DNA from: Escherichia coli
GTDB lineage: Bacteria; Pseudomonadota; Gammaproteobacteria; Enterobacterales; Enterobacteriaceae
DNA: 64,000 bases
Assembly (NCBI RefSeq): GCF_011045215.1
Contig: NZ_CP049202.1
Direction: 5' to 3' (one strand)
The notes below the pieces were generated by a model. The model saw nothing but the letters and a program-made list of their open reading frames with translations. It was not told where the DNA came from and ran no database searches. Shown here in pieces: positions 1 through 9,390 of this stretch. A program made the position numbers and the translations under genes. The number at the start of each line of letters is the position of its first letter. Position 1 is the first letter of the stretch.

Positions 1-11
1 CTGCTCAGGGA

Positions 12-635
12 ATGCAGGCTAACCAGCAGATATTCTTTTTATCCGACGGCGCGGATAATCTGAGGGAACTGCAGTTCGGTATGTACCCTGAGTCAATTCA
101 TGTGCTTGACTGGTTTCATATTACGATGAGGCTGACGGTGTTAATGCAGTATGCAAAGGGACTGCAGGCATCAGATCCAGCGACGGGCAGTAAGGTGTTA
201 TCGCTTCTGGAAAGCAGTAAACGATACATCTGGCACGGTAATGTTGCCACTGCACTGGATCGTATTGACGATTGCGTTATGTACTGTGATGACCCTGAAC
301 TCAACTATGCAAACCTGAAAGCCCTGCAAAAACAGCTGGATGAGATGTATACCTACATCCGTAATAATCAGATGATGATCCCAAACTACGGAGAAATGCG
401 CCGGTATGGTGAGCCAGTTTCAACAGCATTTGTAGAGTCAACAATCAACGAAGTGATCGCCCGACGAATGGCCAAAAAGCAGCAGATGCAGTGGAGTAGA
501 AAGGGGGCGCATTATTTGTTACAGACCAGAACTGCAGTCCTGAATAACGAACTACAGGACAAATTCGCCAGTTGGTATCCCGGTTGTACGACAGACGCTC
601 AGAGTAGAGGGACGTTATCCGCGATGGCAGCATAG
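12..635 (+). mobile_element. IS-element DDE transposase, C-terminal portion (ORF may run off the window start; family not resolved)
   Basis: 207-aa ORF with transposase-like composition (FLSDGADN, HVLDWFH motifs); sits inside a Tn3-family tnpA remnant. Confidence 0.45.
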
Positions 636-655
636 CTACGGCCCCAAGGTTTTTC

Positions 656-877
656 ATGCTCTCCATCTCCAACGCGATCGTTTATTACAACTCGGCGATC
701 CTGTCACGTTTGCTGAAGCGACTGGAAACAGAAGGTAATGAAAAGGCCATTGAGGCTCTGACCAGGATATCACCAGTAGCCTGGCAACACATTTTGCTGA
801 ATGGGCATTATACCTTTCAGAACAGTAATGAACTTATTGACCTGGATACATTGGTAGTCGGTTTAAAACTGGGATAG
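656..877 (+). pseudogene. Tn3-family transposase TnpA, C-terminal remnant
   Basis: 73-aa ORF matching the extreme C-terminus of Tn3-family TnpA as recalled (NAIVYYNS...ISPVAWQHILLNGHY); far too short to be functional. Confidence 0.6.
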
Positions 878-910
878 CGGAAATTTCGGCGGTTCCGGCG
901 TAGAACCCCG
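873..910. repeat. putative Tn3-family terminal inverted repeat (GGGG outer end on minus strand)
   Basis: tnpA remnant ends inside it; minus strand reads GGGGTTCTACGCCGGAACCGCC... Confidence 0.3.
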
Positions 911-1031
911 AGTAGACCCACTAAGTGATATCGGAGATATTGAGTCCGAATATGACGGTTAACAACATGATAAATAATGGTTTTTATGCTAAGAGTGAGA
1001 CTTTTGGAGGAAATGGGCGCAGAACCCCAAA

Positions 1032-1769
1032 TTAAGAAACTCTGCTTCTTTGATAAAGCTGGCTGATTATACTTACAACAGCTATACTTTTAGTTTTCTC
1101 CAAAAACTCTTCAGGCACAAATTTTTCTGAACTAAGTTCATTTTGGAGTAATGTAACAATCCTTGCTGTTTTATCTGCATATTTTTGCCATTCATTTTTT
1201 AATTCCTTAACACTCTCCTTACGCAATTCAATATCTGCATTAAGTTCGTTAACTGTCATTTTCAAAATTGATATGCTTCTCTCCAGTTGCTCATACTCAG
1301 ATTTAAGCAAAGCAGTATTAAGTTTTTCACGTTTTGCTATCTCTTCCTGCATCACCAGTTTTGTATCCTGGACAGATTGAGCTAACTTCTCAGCATTTAT
1401 CGCTTCCACTTTTTTATCTGCCGTTTCCTTCTGCATCTCATATTCAGCTATCAATGACTTTTTAAATCCTTCACGCTCCTTTGCTTCTAAATATCGTTTT
1501 GTCCATGCAATCCCATAATTTAAATATGGTGATATGACGGACAGAAAAATGCCTACTGTGACAGGAGCTACTAAATACAACCAATAGAACTTTTCAGCAC
1601 TTGTGATTTGCTCTATACGGGTAGTCACTGATGATTTACTCATAAACAGGATAGCCAGGTTTTGCCAGTTAAAGCCACACCATGAAAGGGTTATGTATCC
1701 CCATAATGGCTTTTTCAGACGCTCCTTAACAACGTCGTTTACAGAATCTGTGATTGACTCATTATTCAT
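1032..1769 (-). CDS. hypothetical protein, two predicted TM helices plus long coiled-coil
   Basis: 245-aa ORF in an AT-rich stretch; hydrophobic segments near N-terminus, then E/K/L/Q-rich heptad-like region. Confidence 0.55.
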   Translation of the reverse strand: MNNESITDSVNDVVKERLKKPLWGYITLSWCGFNWQNLAILFMSKSSVTTRIEQITSAEKFYWLYLVAPVTVGIFLSVISPYLNYGIAWTKRYLEAKEREGFKKSLIAEYEMQKETADKKVEAINAEKLAQSVQDTKLVMQEEIAKREKLNTALLKSEYEQLERSISILKMTVNELNADIELRKESVKELKNEWQKYADKTARIVTLLQNELSSEKFVPEEFLEKTKSIAVVSIISQLYQRSRVS

Positions 1770-1846
1770 TTAGAAATCCCCCTTTAACTTTGTCTCTATC
1801 ACTTACAGGAAAAGAGCCGTCGGAAAGAAAACTGCTGATTGAGATA

Positions 1847-2140
1847 TTATTTCATTCGCTCACTGGCAATATTATAAACGTTACACCGCTCTCGTTTCCC
1901 TACAGCAATCACCCATATAACAATTTCTTCATCAATGACCTTATAAATAAGCCTAAACCCAGATGCTCTCAGTTTTATTTTAAAACATCCAGCTAGATCA
2001 CCATGAAGCCTGGCAGCACCAGTGTAAGGATTATGCTGTAGTTTTCTGAGTTTCTTTTTAAACTGGTCACGTATTGTCTTGTCCAGCTTATTCCACTCTT
2101 TAAGGGCCCTTTCGTCAAAGTCGATATTAAAGGTCATCAA
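1847..2140 (-). CDS. RelE/ParE-family toxin (type II TA)
   Basis: 97-aa basic ORF with RelE/StbE-like sequence, overlapping the stop of the upstream antitoxin ORF. Confidence 0.7.
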   Translation of the reverse strand: MMTFNIDFDERALKEWNKLDKTIRDQFKKKLRKLQHNPYTGAARLHGDLAGCFKIKLRASGFRLIYKVIDEEIVIWVIAVGKRERCNVYNIASERMK

Positions 2141-2381
2141 TATTCACCCTGATGCGTCTGGCAGGATTTTTCAGTCGTTCTCTGACAATATTCAGAATAT
2201 CTTCGTCCTCATCATTATCACTGACAACAACAGACACTTCATTGAAAGGGAGTTTTTCATTTTCAGCGACATAACGGAGAAAAAGGCGGAGAGCTTCTGA
2301 AGGTGAAAGATTGAGCTTTTCGAAGACCTGCCAGGCATTTTTCTTCAGTTCTTCATCGACACGAATTTGAACAGTACTCAT
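2127..2381 (-). CDS. RelB/StbD-family antitoxin
   Basis: internal ATG at 2381 gives 84 aa (MSTVQIRVDEELKK...) with acidic C-terminus; overlaps toxin start. Confidence 0.65.
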   Translation of the reverse strand: MSTVQIRVDEELKKNAWQVFEKLNLSPSEALRLFLRYVAENEKLPFNEVSVVVSDNDEDEDILNIVRERLKNPARRIRVNIDDL

Positions 2382-3083
2382 GATAATACTCCGGTAATAA
2401 AGTATGCAGGCAGTATATACGTGAACAGATGTAATGACAAATGTATTGACATGTGACCTATGCCGCGTCAGCGGCATGGAAGGCGGCACTCCGTTGTTTC
2501 ATGTGATACTGGTGTAAAACCGCCGAAGCCCGGCGTAAGCCGGTACTGATTGACAGATTTCACCTTACCCATCCCCAGCCCTGCCAGACTATACCCGCTT
2601 TCAGCTATGAGAGAGCTTCTGTGCGCGGTCGGAGTGGTCCCGACGAGGGTTTACCCGAAGTCGGGGCGTATCTCCGCGTTAGCGGGCCGTCAGGGCCGCT
2701 TACGAGCGTGTACACGATACGTCCAGCCAGAAGACTGACAGCGATGATGATGTAGTTACAACATTCATAATTAAAAGCGACTCTGTTCCGGCCCTTTGGG
2801 CCGGGGCGGGGCCGCTTTTCAGTTATGAGGGATGGGCACGGTGTTTCAGAACTGTGTCTGTCGGGGCCCGCCGCTTGCGGTGGGAGGTGCTTTTAAATTC
2901 TGAGCGGCGCGGCTTTGGCCGCTGCAAGCGAAGGCCTTTTTGTATTTGTTCATAGACGTTTCAGAGATAAAGACTTTCCCTGCGGTGGAACAACGCAGGG
3001 GATTAAATGAAGGGGGTAAGACTATATTGCAGGTTTGCTGTTTCAGGTTTGCAGCTTCTTAAAGTTCTTTGTTTGCGGATTTA

Positions 3084-3092
3084 TGTGGATAA
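3084..3092 (-). promoter_or_regulatory. DnaA box (TTATCCACA on minus strand) in putative oriR
   Basis: plus strand reads TGTGGATAA, about 165 bp downstream of the 342-aa rep ORF stop, as in R1/R100-type origins. Confidence 0.5.
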
Positions 3093-3210
3093 CTGAAACG
3101 ACGTGGCCACGTTCTGACGACCGGTGAGAGATTTTATGGCCGTGTATGGACGGATGTGGGGATTTCAGGTGGTTACGGGGGATTTCTGGCCGGACAGAAC
3201 CTGCGCCAAA

Positions 3211-3225
3211 AGCCCCGAAGGGGCT
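3211..3225 (-). terminator. rho-independent terminator-like hairpin after the rep ORF
   Basis: AGCCCC-GAA-GGGGCT stem followed by a U-run on the minus strand, 35 bp after the stop at 3259. Confidence 0.5.
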
Positions 3226-3258
3226 GGCGATGATTCAGTGCTGAAGGAATGGTGTTGT

Positions 3259-4287
3259 CTAGTGCGGTGGCGGGGCAGCCAGCGTCAGTTCAAGCTGACG
3301 CAACTCCCTGATGGCCAGTCGCTTCAGATGGTCATCGGAACAAAAATAGGCTTCATCCGGCGGCAGACGCTTCCTGAGATACTCTGCCATCTCATGAATC
3401 TGCTGGTCGGCAGGCAGTTTCTTCAGGCGATTAGCACGCTTACAGGCTGCAGCTTTCGCCCGACGGTGTTTCAGCGCATCCTGGCTGCGCTGCAGATACC
3501 AGCGTTTTCTGGCCGCATGTACGGAGATATCTTCATCCTCACGCAGTACACCTTCCCGGATGAGCTGCTGGCGGATTTCACTTTCACGCAGCCGCTTCTG
3601 CTGCTGTTCGTGAAGTTTAACCATATCGACGCCCAGCATCTGCCACCCTGCCGGTGTTATCCAGACATAGCGCGGCAGACGCTGGCGGGTTTCACGGTCC
3701 CACATCGTTTCTTCCGACACACCCAGCACACCAAAACGTACCTGTTCGGTCAGCAGACGGGAAAGCCGGGAGACCGTCACTTCCAGTTCCGGAATAACCT
3801 TCCCCTTGCTGTCTTTCGGGCTGATTTCTCTGGCCAGACGGGAAACACTCATGCCTACGGTATGTGTGCCCGCATCACTGAAGCTGACCAGAACCGGCCA
3901 GATGGCATCGAGGAGGCGTTGTTTTTCCGGACGGAAAGCATATTTGCGACCGGCGAACGTCCGTTTCTGCACGTAAAAAGGATGCAGAGACATGTGCATG
4001 CGCAGGCTCTGTTCGCCAGTCACCGGGTCCTTTTTCACCAGGCGGTGATAAGCGTGCCCAAGCTGCCCGCTCAGCGCCTTATAGCGCGCAGGACGATACC
4101 AGGTCGGATTTTCGCATTTGGGTTTAGTGGAGTGCTCACCACGACGACGCTTTGTGCGCTTCCTTTCCGGTTCAACCAGGAAAGTGGTCGCCCTTCCCGC
4201 TTCATAATCTTCCCAGAAACGGATTTGCTCTTCGGGAGGCAACTGAGCCCAGTGGCCTGGACGGGTATTTTTAATCACCATACCCAC
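3259..4287 (-). CDS. replication-initiator-like ORF (342 aa, basic); relationship to RepA1 unresolved
   Basis: long ORF ending at the terminator and DnaA box; overlaps the RepA1-like ORF in another reading frame; opposite-strand 430-aa ORF judged a shadow. Confidence 0.45.
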   Translation of the reverse strand: MGMVIKNTRPGHWAQLPPEEQIRFWEDYEAGRATTFLVEPERKRTKRRRGEHSTKPKCENPTWYRPARYKALSGQLGHAYHRLVKKDPVTGEQSLRMHMSLHPFYVQKRTFAGRKYAFRPEKQRLLDAIWPVLVSFSDAGTHTVGMSVSRLAREISPKDSKGKVIPELEVTVSRLSRLLTEQVRFGVLGVSEETMWDRETRQRLPRYVWITPAGWQMLGVDMVKLHEQQQKRLRESEIRQQLIREGVLREDEDISVHAARKRWYLQRSQDALKHRRAKAAACKRANRLKKLPADQQIHEMAEYLRKRLPPDEAYFCSDDHLKRLAIRELRQLELTLAAPPPH

Positions 4288-4816
4288 TCCGTAAGACAGC
4301 CAGACGTGCTTCAGTCAGCGCCAACGGAAATATCCCTAAAAACTCAAAAAAACGAGGCGTCAGCGTTATTGTGCAGCGCTTATTGTAAAAATCTGATGAC
4401 GGGGAACAGACTATAAACCCAAAATCTTCTTCCAGTGATTTAATTGCTCTGACAGCTCGCTCAATGGCTAAATGACCATGAGCATTTTTTCTGGCTAATC
4501 CGCAATCAAGTGCAAGTTCGGTTATAGAACGATGCACTTGATTTGAAACAGGATCGTAGTAGAAGCACATGCCTTGCAACAGTGCATCAATAGCTCTGCG
4601 ACGAAGAACGGAAGGCTTGCGTTTACGTTTACCATTAGCGCGCGCGCACGCAGAAGCTATATCGAATGCAAATGTTTCGGTAAACCCCACCGCTTTGCCC
4701 ATTAGCTTCTCACAGAACGGCAGCGTCCTGGCACCTTCACGGGGTGTGAATACCGGATTAGGGTTCTTTACCTGACGGTAATACGTTTGTTGAAGATCAG
4801 TCACACCATCCTGCAC
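4271..4816 (-). CDS. repA1: RepA1-like replication initiator, N-terminal region (IncFII RepA family)
   Basis: N-terminus (V)[24 protein letters not shown] and [13 protein letters not shown] match IncFII RepA1 as recalled; ORF stops after 181 aa instead of about 285. Confidence 0.55.
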   Translation of the reverse strand: MQDGVTDLQQTYYRQVKNPNPVFTPREGARTLPFCEKLMGKAVGFTETFAFDIASACARANGKRKRKPSVLRRRAIDALLQGMCFYYDPVSNQVHRSITELALDCGLARKNAHGHLAIERAVRAIKSLEEDFGFIVCSPSSDFYNKRCTITLTPRFFEFLGIFPLALTEARLAVLRSGYGD

Positions 4817-4839
4817 TTACAATGCACAGAAGGAGTGAG

Positions 4840-5100
4840 CACAGAAAGAAGTCTTGAACTTTTCCGGGCATATAACTATACTCCCCGCATAGCTGAATTG
4901 TTGGCTATACGGTTTTTAGATGGCCCCGGTAATCTTTCTAGCTCGCCAAAGTTAAAGAAGATTATCGGGGTTTTCACTTTTCTGGCCCCTGTAAATCCAC
5001 ATCAGAACCAGTTCCCTGCCACCTTATGGTGTGGCCAGCCATAAAATTCCTTAAACGATCAGCAATCTATCACTCACGCCTGAGATAAGCAATAATGTGA
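4840..5100. promoter_or_regulatory. copA antisense RNA / leader-peptide control region of the RepFIIA replicon (approximate)
   Basis: position between copB and repA1 with local hairpins; boundaries not determinable by eye. Confidence 0.3.
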
Positions 5101-5104
5101 ATAT

Positions 5105-5362
5105 TCACGAAATCGCTCTGCGTTTCAGCTCTGATTCAATCAGTTTTTCAAGCATCTGCGCCTGGGTAATACCTTCCTCATCCGCCAGTTCACTCAGCCT
5201 GTCTTTTAACCGGGCCTGGATAACCGCATGAAAAGCCTTATGAGTGTTGCTTCTGCGAGCCAGAGAAGCTCTTTGTCTCTCTCTGGCCGGAACAGGGTTA
5301 CCTTTCCGGTATGCACGCTTAGTGCCTGATGAGGAAGTCACTGCATTTTCTGTCTGCGGCAT
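5105..5362 (-). CDS. repA2: CopB/RepA2 copy-number repressor
   Basis: 85 aa; [11 protein letters not shown]...[16 protein letters not shown] resembles R100/R1 CopB as recalled; sits upstream of repA1. Confidence 0.8.
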   Translation of the reverse strand: MPQTENAVTSSSGTKRAYRKGNPVPARERQRASLARRSNTHKAFHAVIQARLKDRLSELADEEGITQAQMLEKLIESELKRRAIS

Positions 5363-5421
5363 CTCGCCTCCTCAATACTCAAACAGGGATCGTTTCGCAG
5401 AGGATACTACAGTTTTTTTTA

Positions 5422-5558
5422 ATCAGCGACTTGAAAGTTGTGACGATGACATGTGTTGGCGCACAAATCATGTCTGATTACGACCGTTTAATGTGATTTT
5501 GATAATGAAATGACTGAAAAGCAGGAAATGCCTTAACCTGTGTGCCCCCGGGCGGGGC
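5422..5558. repeat. direct repeat copy A (~135 bp)
   Basis: near-identical to 6552..6682 (TTGTGACGATGA...GCGCACAAATCATGTCTGATTACGACCGTTTAATGTGATTT...). Confidence 0.85.
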
Positions 5559-5669
5559 TGGCGGCATCAGAGATATGGAAGATAACCTGAGAGGTTATCA
5601 ATTAAAACTTATTAGTGCCCAAGTGTTACATATCATAAAGAAATGATGCCGCAATAAAATTGCTCAGTC

Positions 5670-6152
5670 TCAGACTTTATAAAATAAGGTGTCAGGTGCC
5701 ACAACTGACTGGACAAAACCAAAACGCTCATAAAACGCTCTGGCGTCATCATCAATTGCATGCACCATAACCGCCTTAACGCCAACCTGTTCAGCCACAT
5801 TTACAACCCGGTGAATAGCATCACTCAGCAGCCATTTACCGAAACCATGCCCCTGGGTACAAACATCAACAGCCAGACGCCCTAACAGAACAACAGGAAC
5901 AGGATTAGGCATGTTATGCCGCAAACTGCGCCCAAGCTCGGCATGTGTGACGGAACCCGTAGCTAATGAGTAGAACCCCACAACACGTAAAGTCCCCTCC
6001 AGGCAAATAACGAACGTGCGGGAAGCATTGAGCATCTGGTTTTTCATAGCCCGACCACGTAACCAGTTACTTAGCACCTCATTTCCACAGTCAAATGGCT
6101 GAAGTATATGCTCATCCGTCAGCAATGCCGGCGCGGTGACATTTATTTCCAT
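5670..6152 (-). CDS. GNAT-family acetyltransferase toxin (TacT/AtaT-like)
   Basis: 160 aa with GNAT-like core; overlaps the stop of an upstream DUF1778-like antitoxin ORF. Confidence 0.7.
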   Translation of the reverse strand: MEINVTAPALLTDEHILQPFDCGNEVLSNWLRGRAMKNQMLNASRTFVICLEGTLRVVGFYSLATGSVTHAELGRSLRHNMPNPVPVVLLGRLAVDVCTQGHGFGKWLLSDAIHRVVNVAEQVGVKAVMVHAIDDDARAFYERFGFVQSVVAPDTLFYKV

Positions 6153-6433
6153 TCAGGCTTTACCGCCATCAGACGTTCACGCCCTTCTGCATTCTGCACA
6201 GGAGCTTCCAGTTGCGTAATAAACGAATCATAACGTTCGTTATCCAGCACAAATAAGCGTTGATCCAGGATAATGTTTTTAGCTTCCTGGTAAGCCAGTT
6301 CAATGATGAAATCAGTACGGTTCTTATTGACCAGGCTCGCAGCATAATCAATAACGGCTCGTTCCTCATCAGTTGCCCGGATGTTAATCTGGTTTTCTCG
6401 CGGTGTTTTACGGACGCTTGCAGCTGTAGACAT
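6143..6433 (-). CDS. DUF1778-family antitoxin (TacA-like)
   Basis: 96 aa from internal ATG (MSTAASVRKTPRENQINIRATDEERAVID...); 4-bp style overlap with the GNAT gene. Confidence 0.65.
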   Translation of the reverse strand: MSTAASVRKTPRENQINIRATDEERAVIDYAASLVNKNRTDFIIELAYQEAKNIILDQRLFVLDNERYDSFITQLEAPVQNAEGRERLMAVKPEWK

Positions 6434-6551
6434 AAAAACCTCAATTGGTAACAATTTGCTATACAATTAATGTTATCGCAAATGGTAACAAAACGCTATA
6501 CAAAATCACTTACGGGAAAAGTGATCACTGATAAAAACAATGACAGAGGCC

Positions 6552-6682
6552 TGAAAATTGTGACGATGATATATGCTGGCGCACAAATCATGTCTGATTA
6601 CGACCGTTTAATGTGATTTCGATAATGAAATAACTGAAAAGCAGGAAATGCCTTAACCTGTGTGCCGGCCCCGGGCGGGACC
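6552..6682. repeat. direct repeat copy B (~130 bp)
   Basis: near-identical to 5422..5558. Confidence 0.85.
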
Positions 6683-6765
6683 GGCTGTTTCCGGCATGTC
6701 GGGTGTCTGCCCCTGAAATACCTCACACTTCCGGAAAGCGGGGACTTCCGTCTCCGCCCGGCAGC

Positions 6766-6915
6766 TTACTTCCGTGCTTCGTAGGCCAGAGTTATCTGCA
6801 CCACTGTATTTCTCCTGTGAATATTCAGCTCACACAACCGTTCCCTGAATATCAGTGAAAAACACAACAACGTGGCGCACACAGCGAGCAACCCTATAAG
6901 GGCATATTTCGTCAT
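6766..6915 (-). CDS. srnB: Hok/Gef-family membrane toxin SrnB-like, with overlapping mok-like leader frame to 6972
   Basis: MTKYALIGLLAVCATLLCFSLIFRERLCELNIHRRNTVVQITLAYEARK matches Hok-family SrnB. Confidence 0.75.
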   Translation of the reverse strand: MTKYALIGLLAVCATLLCFSLIFRERLCELNIHRRNTVVQITLAYEARK

Positions 6916-7260
6916 AAACTTTGACCTCTCTGCAAGGAAGAGGCTACAATCAGTAGTGTTAAGGTACTTCATGCAGACCTCACGAGTTAATGGATTAACG
7001 AGTGGGGTCTTCGCATTTCTGGTACCTGCGTCTTGCCTGAACCAGAAAGGCTCAGACACCCGCAGCGATAATACCACATTCCCGTTTGCCGGCCATGTAC
7101 CTGCATTTTCCGGTTATTATTATAAAAACGCCGGGGACGGGGAAAATTTGCTTTTTCCCGTTTCCGGGGTTGGACAACTGAGCAACGCGAAGGCGTCAGT
7201 TATTTCTGTTTATTACATTCTTCTGTATATTTTCTTTTTACAATTCGACACTGCCTTATC

Positions 7261-7470
7261 TCACCTGACATATGCCCAGACCTCTTTGGGAACTCTGTCA
7301 TATAACCTGTTCATCGTTAATTCAGCAAGACGGTGGTCTGCTGCTGAATTGAAGGCCTCACGCTCACTGTCCGGTAAATCATAGGTGTTCTTACAGATAA
7401 TCTTTTCCAGTGTATTCACCGATGAACACCGCCGTAACTGATATAACCATTCCTGTTTTGTTTTCGCCAT
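7261..7470 (-). CDS. Hha/YmoA-family nucleoid-associated regulator
   Basis: 69 aa; LRRC..NTLEKII.KN.Y.L...E...F.SAADHRLAELTMN.LYD..P resembles Hha. Confidence 0.7.
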   Translation of the reverse strand: MAKTKQEWLYQLRRCSSVNTLEKIICKNTYDLPDSEREAFNSAADHRLAELTMNRLYDRVPKEVWAYVR

Positions 7471-7530
7471 ATTTATTTCCAGTCAGCATGATAATTATAT
7501 GTATTAAAATTCAACGATACAGTCTTTCAT

Positions 7531-7767
7531 TTAATGACTACACCGCTGTCTTTCGCTACAGTTCCCCCTGCAGCGCCGCTGGCAATGCTCTGCTCTTTGC
7601 AGGGCAGACTGTTGCCACTCTGCCCGGGAAGCCATCTGTGCGGCCCGACGCCACGCTCCGGCAGCCTCTCTCCATCGCCCCCTGACCTCCAGTCTGACCG
7701 CCTGACTCCCGGCTTGCTGATAATTCTGGCTCTGCGCATTTCGTGAACTTCGTCTGAGTCCATTCAT
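7531..7767 (-). CDS. hypothetical small basic protein (low confidence; two overlapping frames open here)
   Basis: 78-aa ORF with plausible RBS in GC-rich DNA between hha-like gene and finO. Confidence 0.25.
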   Translation of the reverse strand: MNGLRRSSRNAQSQNYQQAGSQAVRLEVRGRWREAAGAWRRAAQMASRAEWQQSALQRAEHCQRRCRGNCSERQRCSH

Positions 7768-7974
7768 TTTTCCTGTCCCCTTTTACCTTTCCCGATACCA
7801 GCGGAATTCAGGATAAACGTTACTTTCTGATTATTTTTTATCTCTTTGTGTCAAAAGTCATTTCGGATATCCAGGATAATACCCCTCATTTAACTTAAGA
7901 ATAAACATGTGTTACTATATCGCTGCGTAACTTTGTTTGAAGTTCATAATAAAAAATCAGGGGTGAACAGGATT

Positions 7975-8003
7975 TCCTCCATCACGCGATGGAGGATTTT
8001 TTT
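7975..8003 (+). terminator. hairpin plus T-run (rho-independent terminator-like), just beyond the 3' end of finO
   Basis: TCCTCCATC-ACGCG-GATGGAGGA followed by TTTTTTT on the plus strand. Confidence 0.4.
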
Positions 8004-8009
8004 ACTGCT

Positions 8010-8570
8010 CTATTTTTCTTCAAGTACAGCCCTGAGCTCTGCTTTTATCCGGTTCTGGCAACGGATTTTCTCCAGACGCGCTGCCGCATACGCTTCCTCC
8101 TCCTGAGAAATATGCTCCGTCACATACCCTTCCGTGTCATACCGGCAGGCACCGGCTTTCATCGCGCCAAGATAGCTTTCTGAACGGGTGATGGCCTTCA
8201 GCGCCCTGCGCAGTTTTTTATGCGAGAGCGGGATATTCCGCTGCGCCACGTCTTCCAGTAACACGTCCCGGATACCGCAGGCCAGAAGCCGGGGTGTGTC
8301 ACCGTCAAATAATCCCGGCCACCAGGGCTTCAGGGTGTTCACAGCCTCATCCAGTGTGGGCAGGTTCAGATAAATGGACAGCGCCTGTCTGGCCTGCGCT
8401 TTTTTTGCCGCCAGCTCTGCTTCCCGGGCCGCTTTCTCGGCCAGTTTCTGCTTTTTCACCTTCCATTTTGGTGGCGTGGTGACATTGATGATGGTTTTCC
8501 GGCTGCGGACAGGCGTCTCTCCTTCTGTTTTCCGCTTCAGTGTCAGTACCGGTCGTTTCTGCTCTGTCAT
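8010..8570 (-). CDS. finO: FinO fertility-inhibition RNA chaperone (uninterrupted)
   Basis: 186 aa from [14 protein letters not shown]...; closely resembles F/R100 FinO. Confidence 0.85.
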   Translation of the reverse strand: MTEQKRPVLTLKRKTEGETPVRSRKTIINVTTPPKWKVKKQKLAEKAAREAELAAKKAQARQALSIYLNLPTLDEAVNTLKPWWPGLFDGDTPRLLACGIRDVLLEDVAQRNIPLSHKKLRRALKAITRSESYLGAMKAGACRYDTEGYVTEHISQEEEAYAAARLEKIRCQNRIKAELRAVLEEK

Positions 8571-8624
8571 GCTGTGTTCTGCCTCTGACGAATCATCCTG
8601 TTGCGGCCAAAGATACCACACCCT

Positions 8625-9371
8625 TTACAGCGCCAGAACGCCCAGTACAACCAGATGACCAGCGTAGAATACCGGGAAAAAATCCCCGGGCCAGAAACGG
8701 GGTAATGATTTCCCTGCACAGGACACCAGACCAACGGTCAGTACCGTCATCACAAGGCCGGCTACAGCCGCCGCATCACTGGCAGCAAGGTTCAGTGCCG
8801 GAATAACAACCAGCAGACATGCGACCAGCGCCAAGCGTTCCGCCCTGTCTTCCGCCCGGTACAATCGGTGACTGACCGCCAGCATCAGCAGCCCGGTAAT
8901 ACCGTAACTGGTGCCGGACAAAAGCAACCACACTGCCAGCAGCAACATGATTCCCACGGAACGCCACCCACTGCGTATTTCACACCATGTCAGCACCTGT
9001 GCCGCAACTGCAAAGGCAAACAGGATATTCCCCTCATACCAGGGAAAGCCGGCCAGATAATATGCGAACTGGGCAATCACCGCCCATCCCCACAGCCGGT
9101 TAATGGTCACCTGCCGGATATGCGCATGACGGGACAGATTCAGCCCCCACACCAGGGCAAAAAGCGGAAAGGCTCCTCGACCGGCCAGAAACATCCACGT
9201 CTTATCCAGATGCAGAATGCGGTTTGCATGGTCCAGAACCATCAGCACCAGTGCCACCGTTTTGATGATATCCCGCTGTCCGGGTGACCAGACCAGCAAC
9301 GACTGCAACCAGGTATCGGTCCGGGCAGCCAGTGAATCATTACGTGTTGTGTTCGTGTTATCCGTTGTCAT
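8625..9371 (-). CDS. traX: TraX pilin acetylase
   Basis: 248-aa polytopic membrane ORF directly downstream of traI. Confidence 0.85.
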   Translation of the reverse strand: MTTDNTNTTRNDSLAARTDTWLQSLLVWSPGQRDIIKTVALVLMVLDHANRILHLDKTWMFLAGRGAFPLFALVWGLNLSRHAHIRQVTINRLWGWAVIAQFAYYLAGFPWYEGNILFAFAVAAQVLTWCEIRSGWRSVGIMLLLAVWLLLSGTSYGITGLLMLAVSHRLYRAEDRAERLALVACLLVVIPALNLAASDAAAVAGLVMTVLTVGLVSCAGKSLPRFWPGDFFPVFYAGHLVVLGVLAL

Positions 9372-9390
9372 CAGCGTTTATCTTCCTGTG

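Noticed and set aside
3124-4416. 430-aa plus-strand ORF overlapping the rep genes
   Set aside because: Composition looks non-protein-like and it lies antisense to ORFs with RepA1 similarity and proper terminator/DnaA-box context; treated as a shadow ORF.
7527-7763. Second overlapping minus-strand ORF in the GC-rich segment downstream of finO
   Set aside because: Two frames are open over the same DNA and I cannot choose between them by eye; only one listed, at low confidence.
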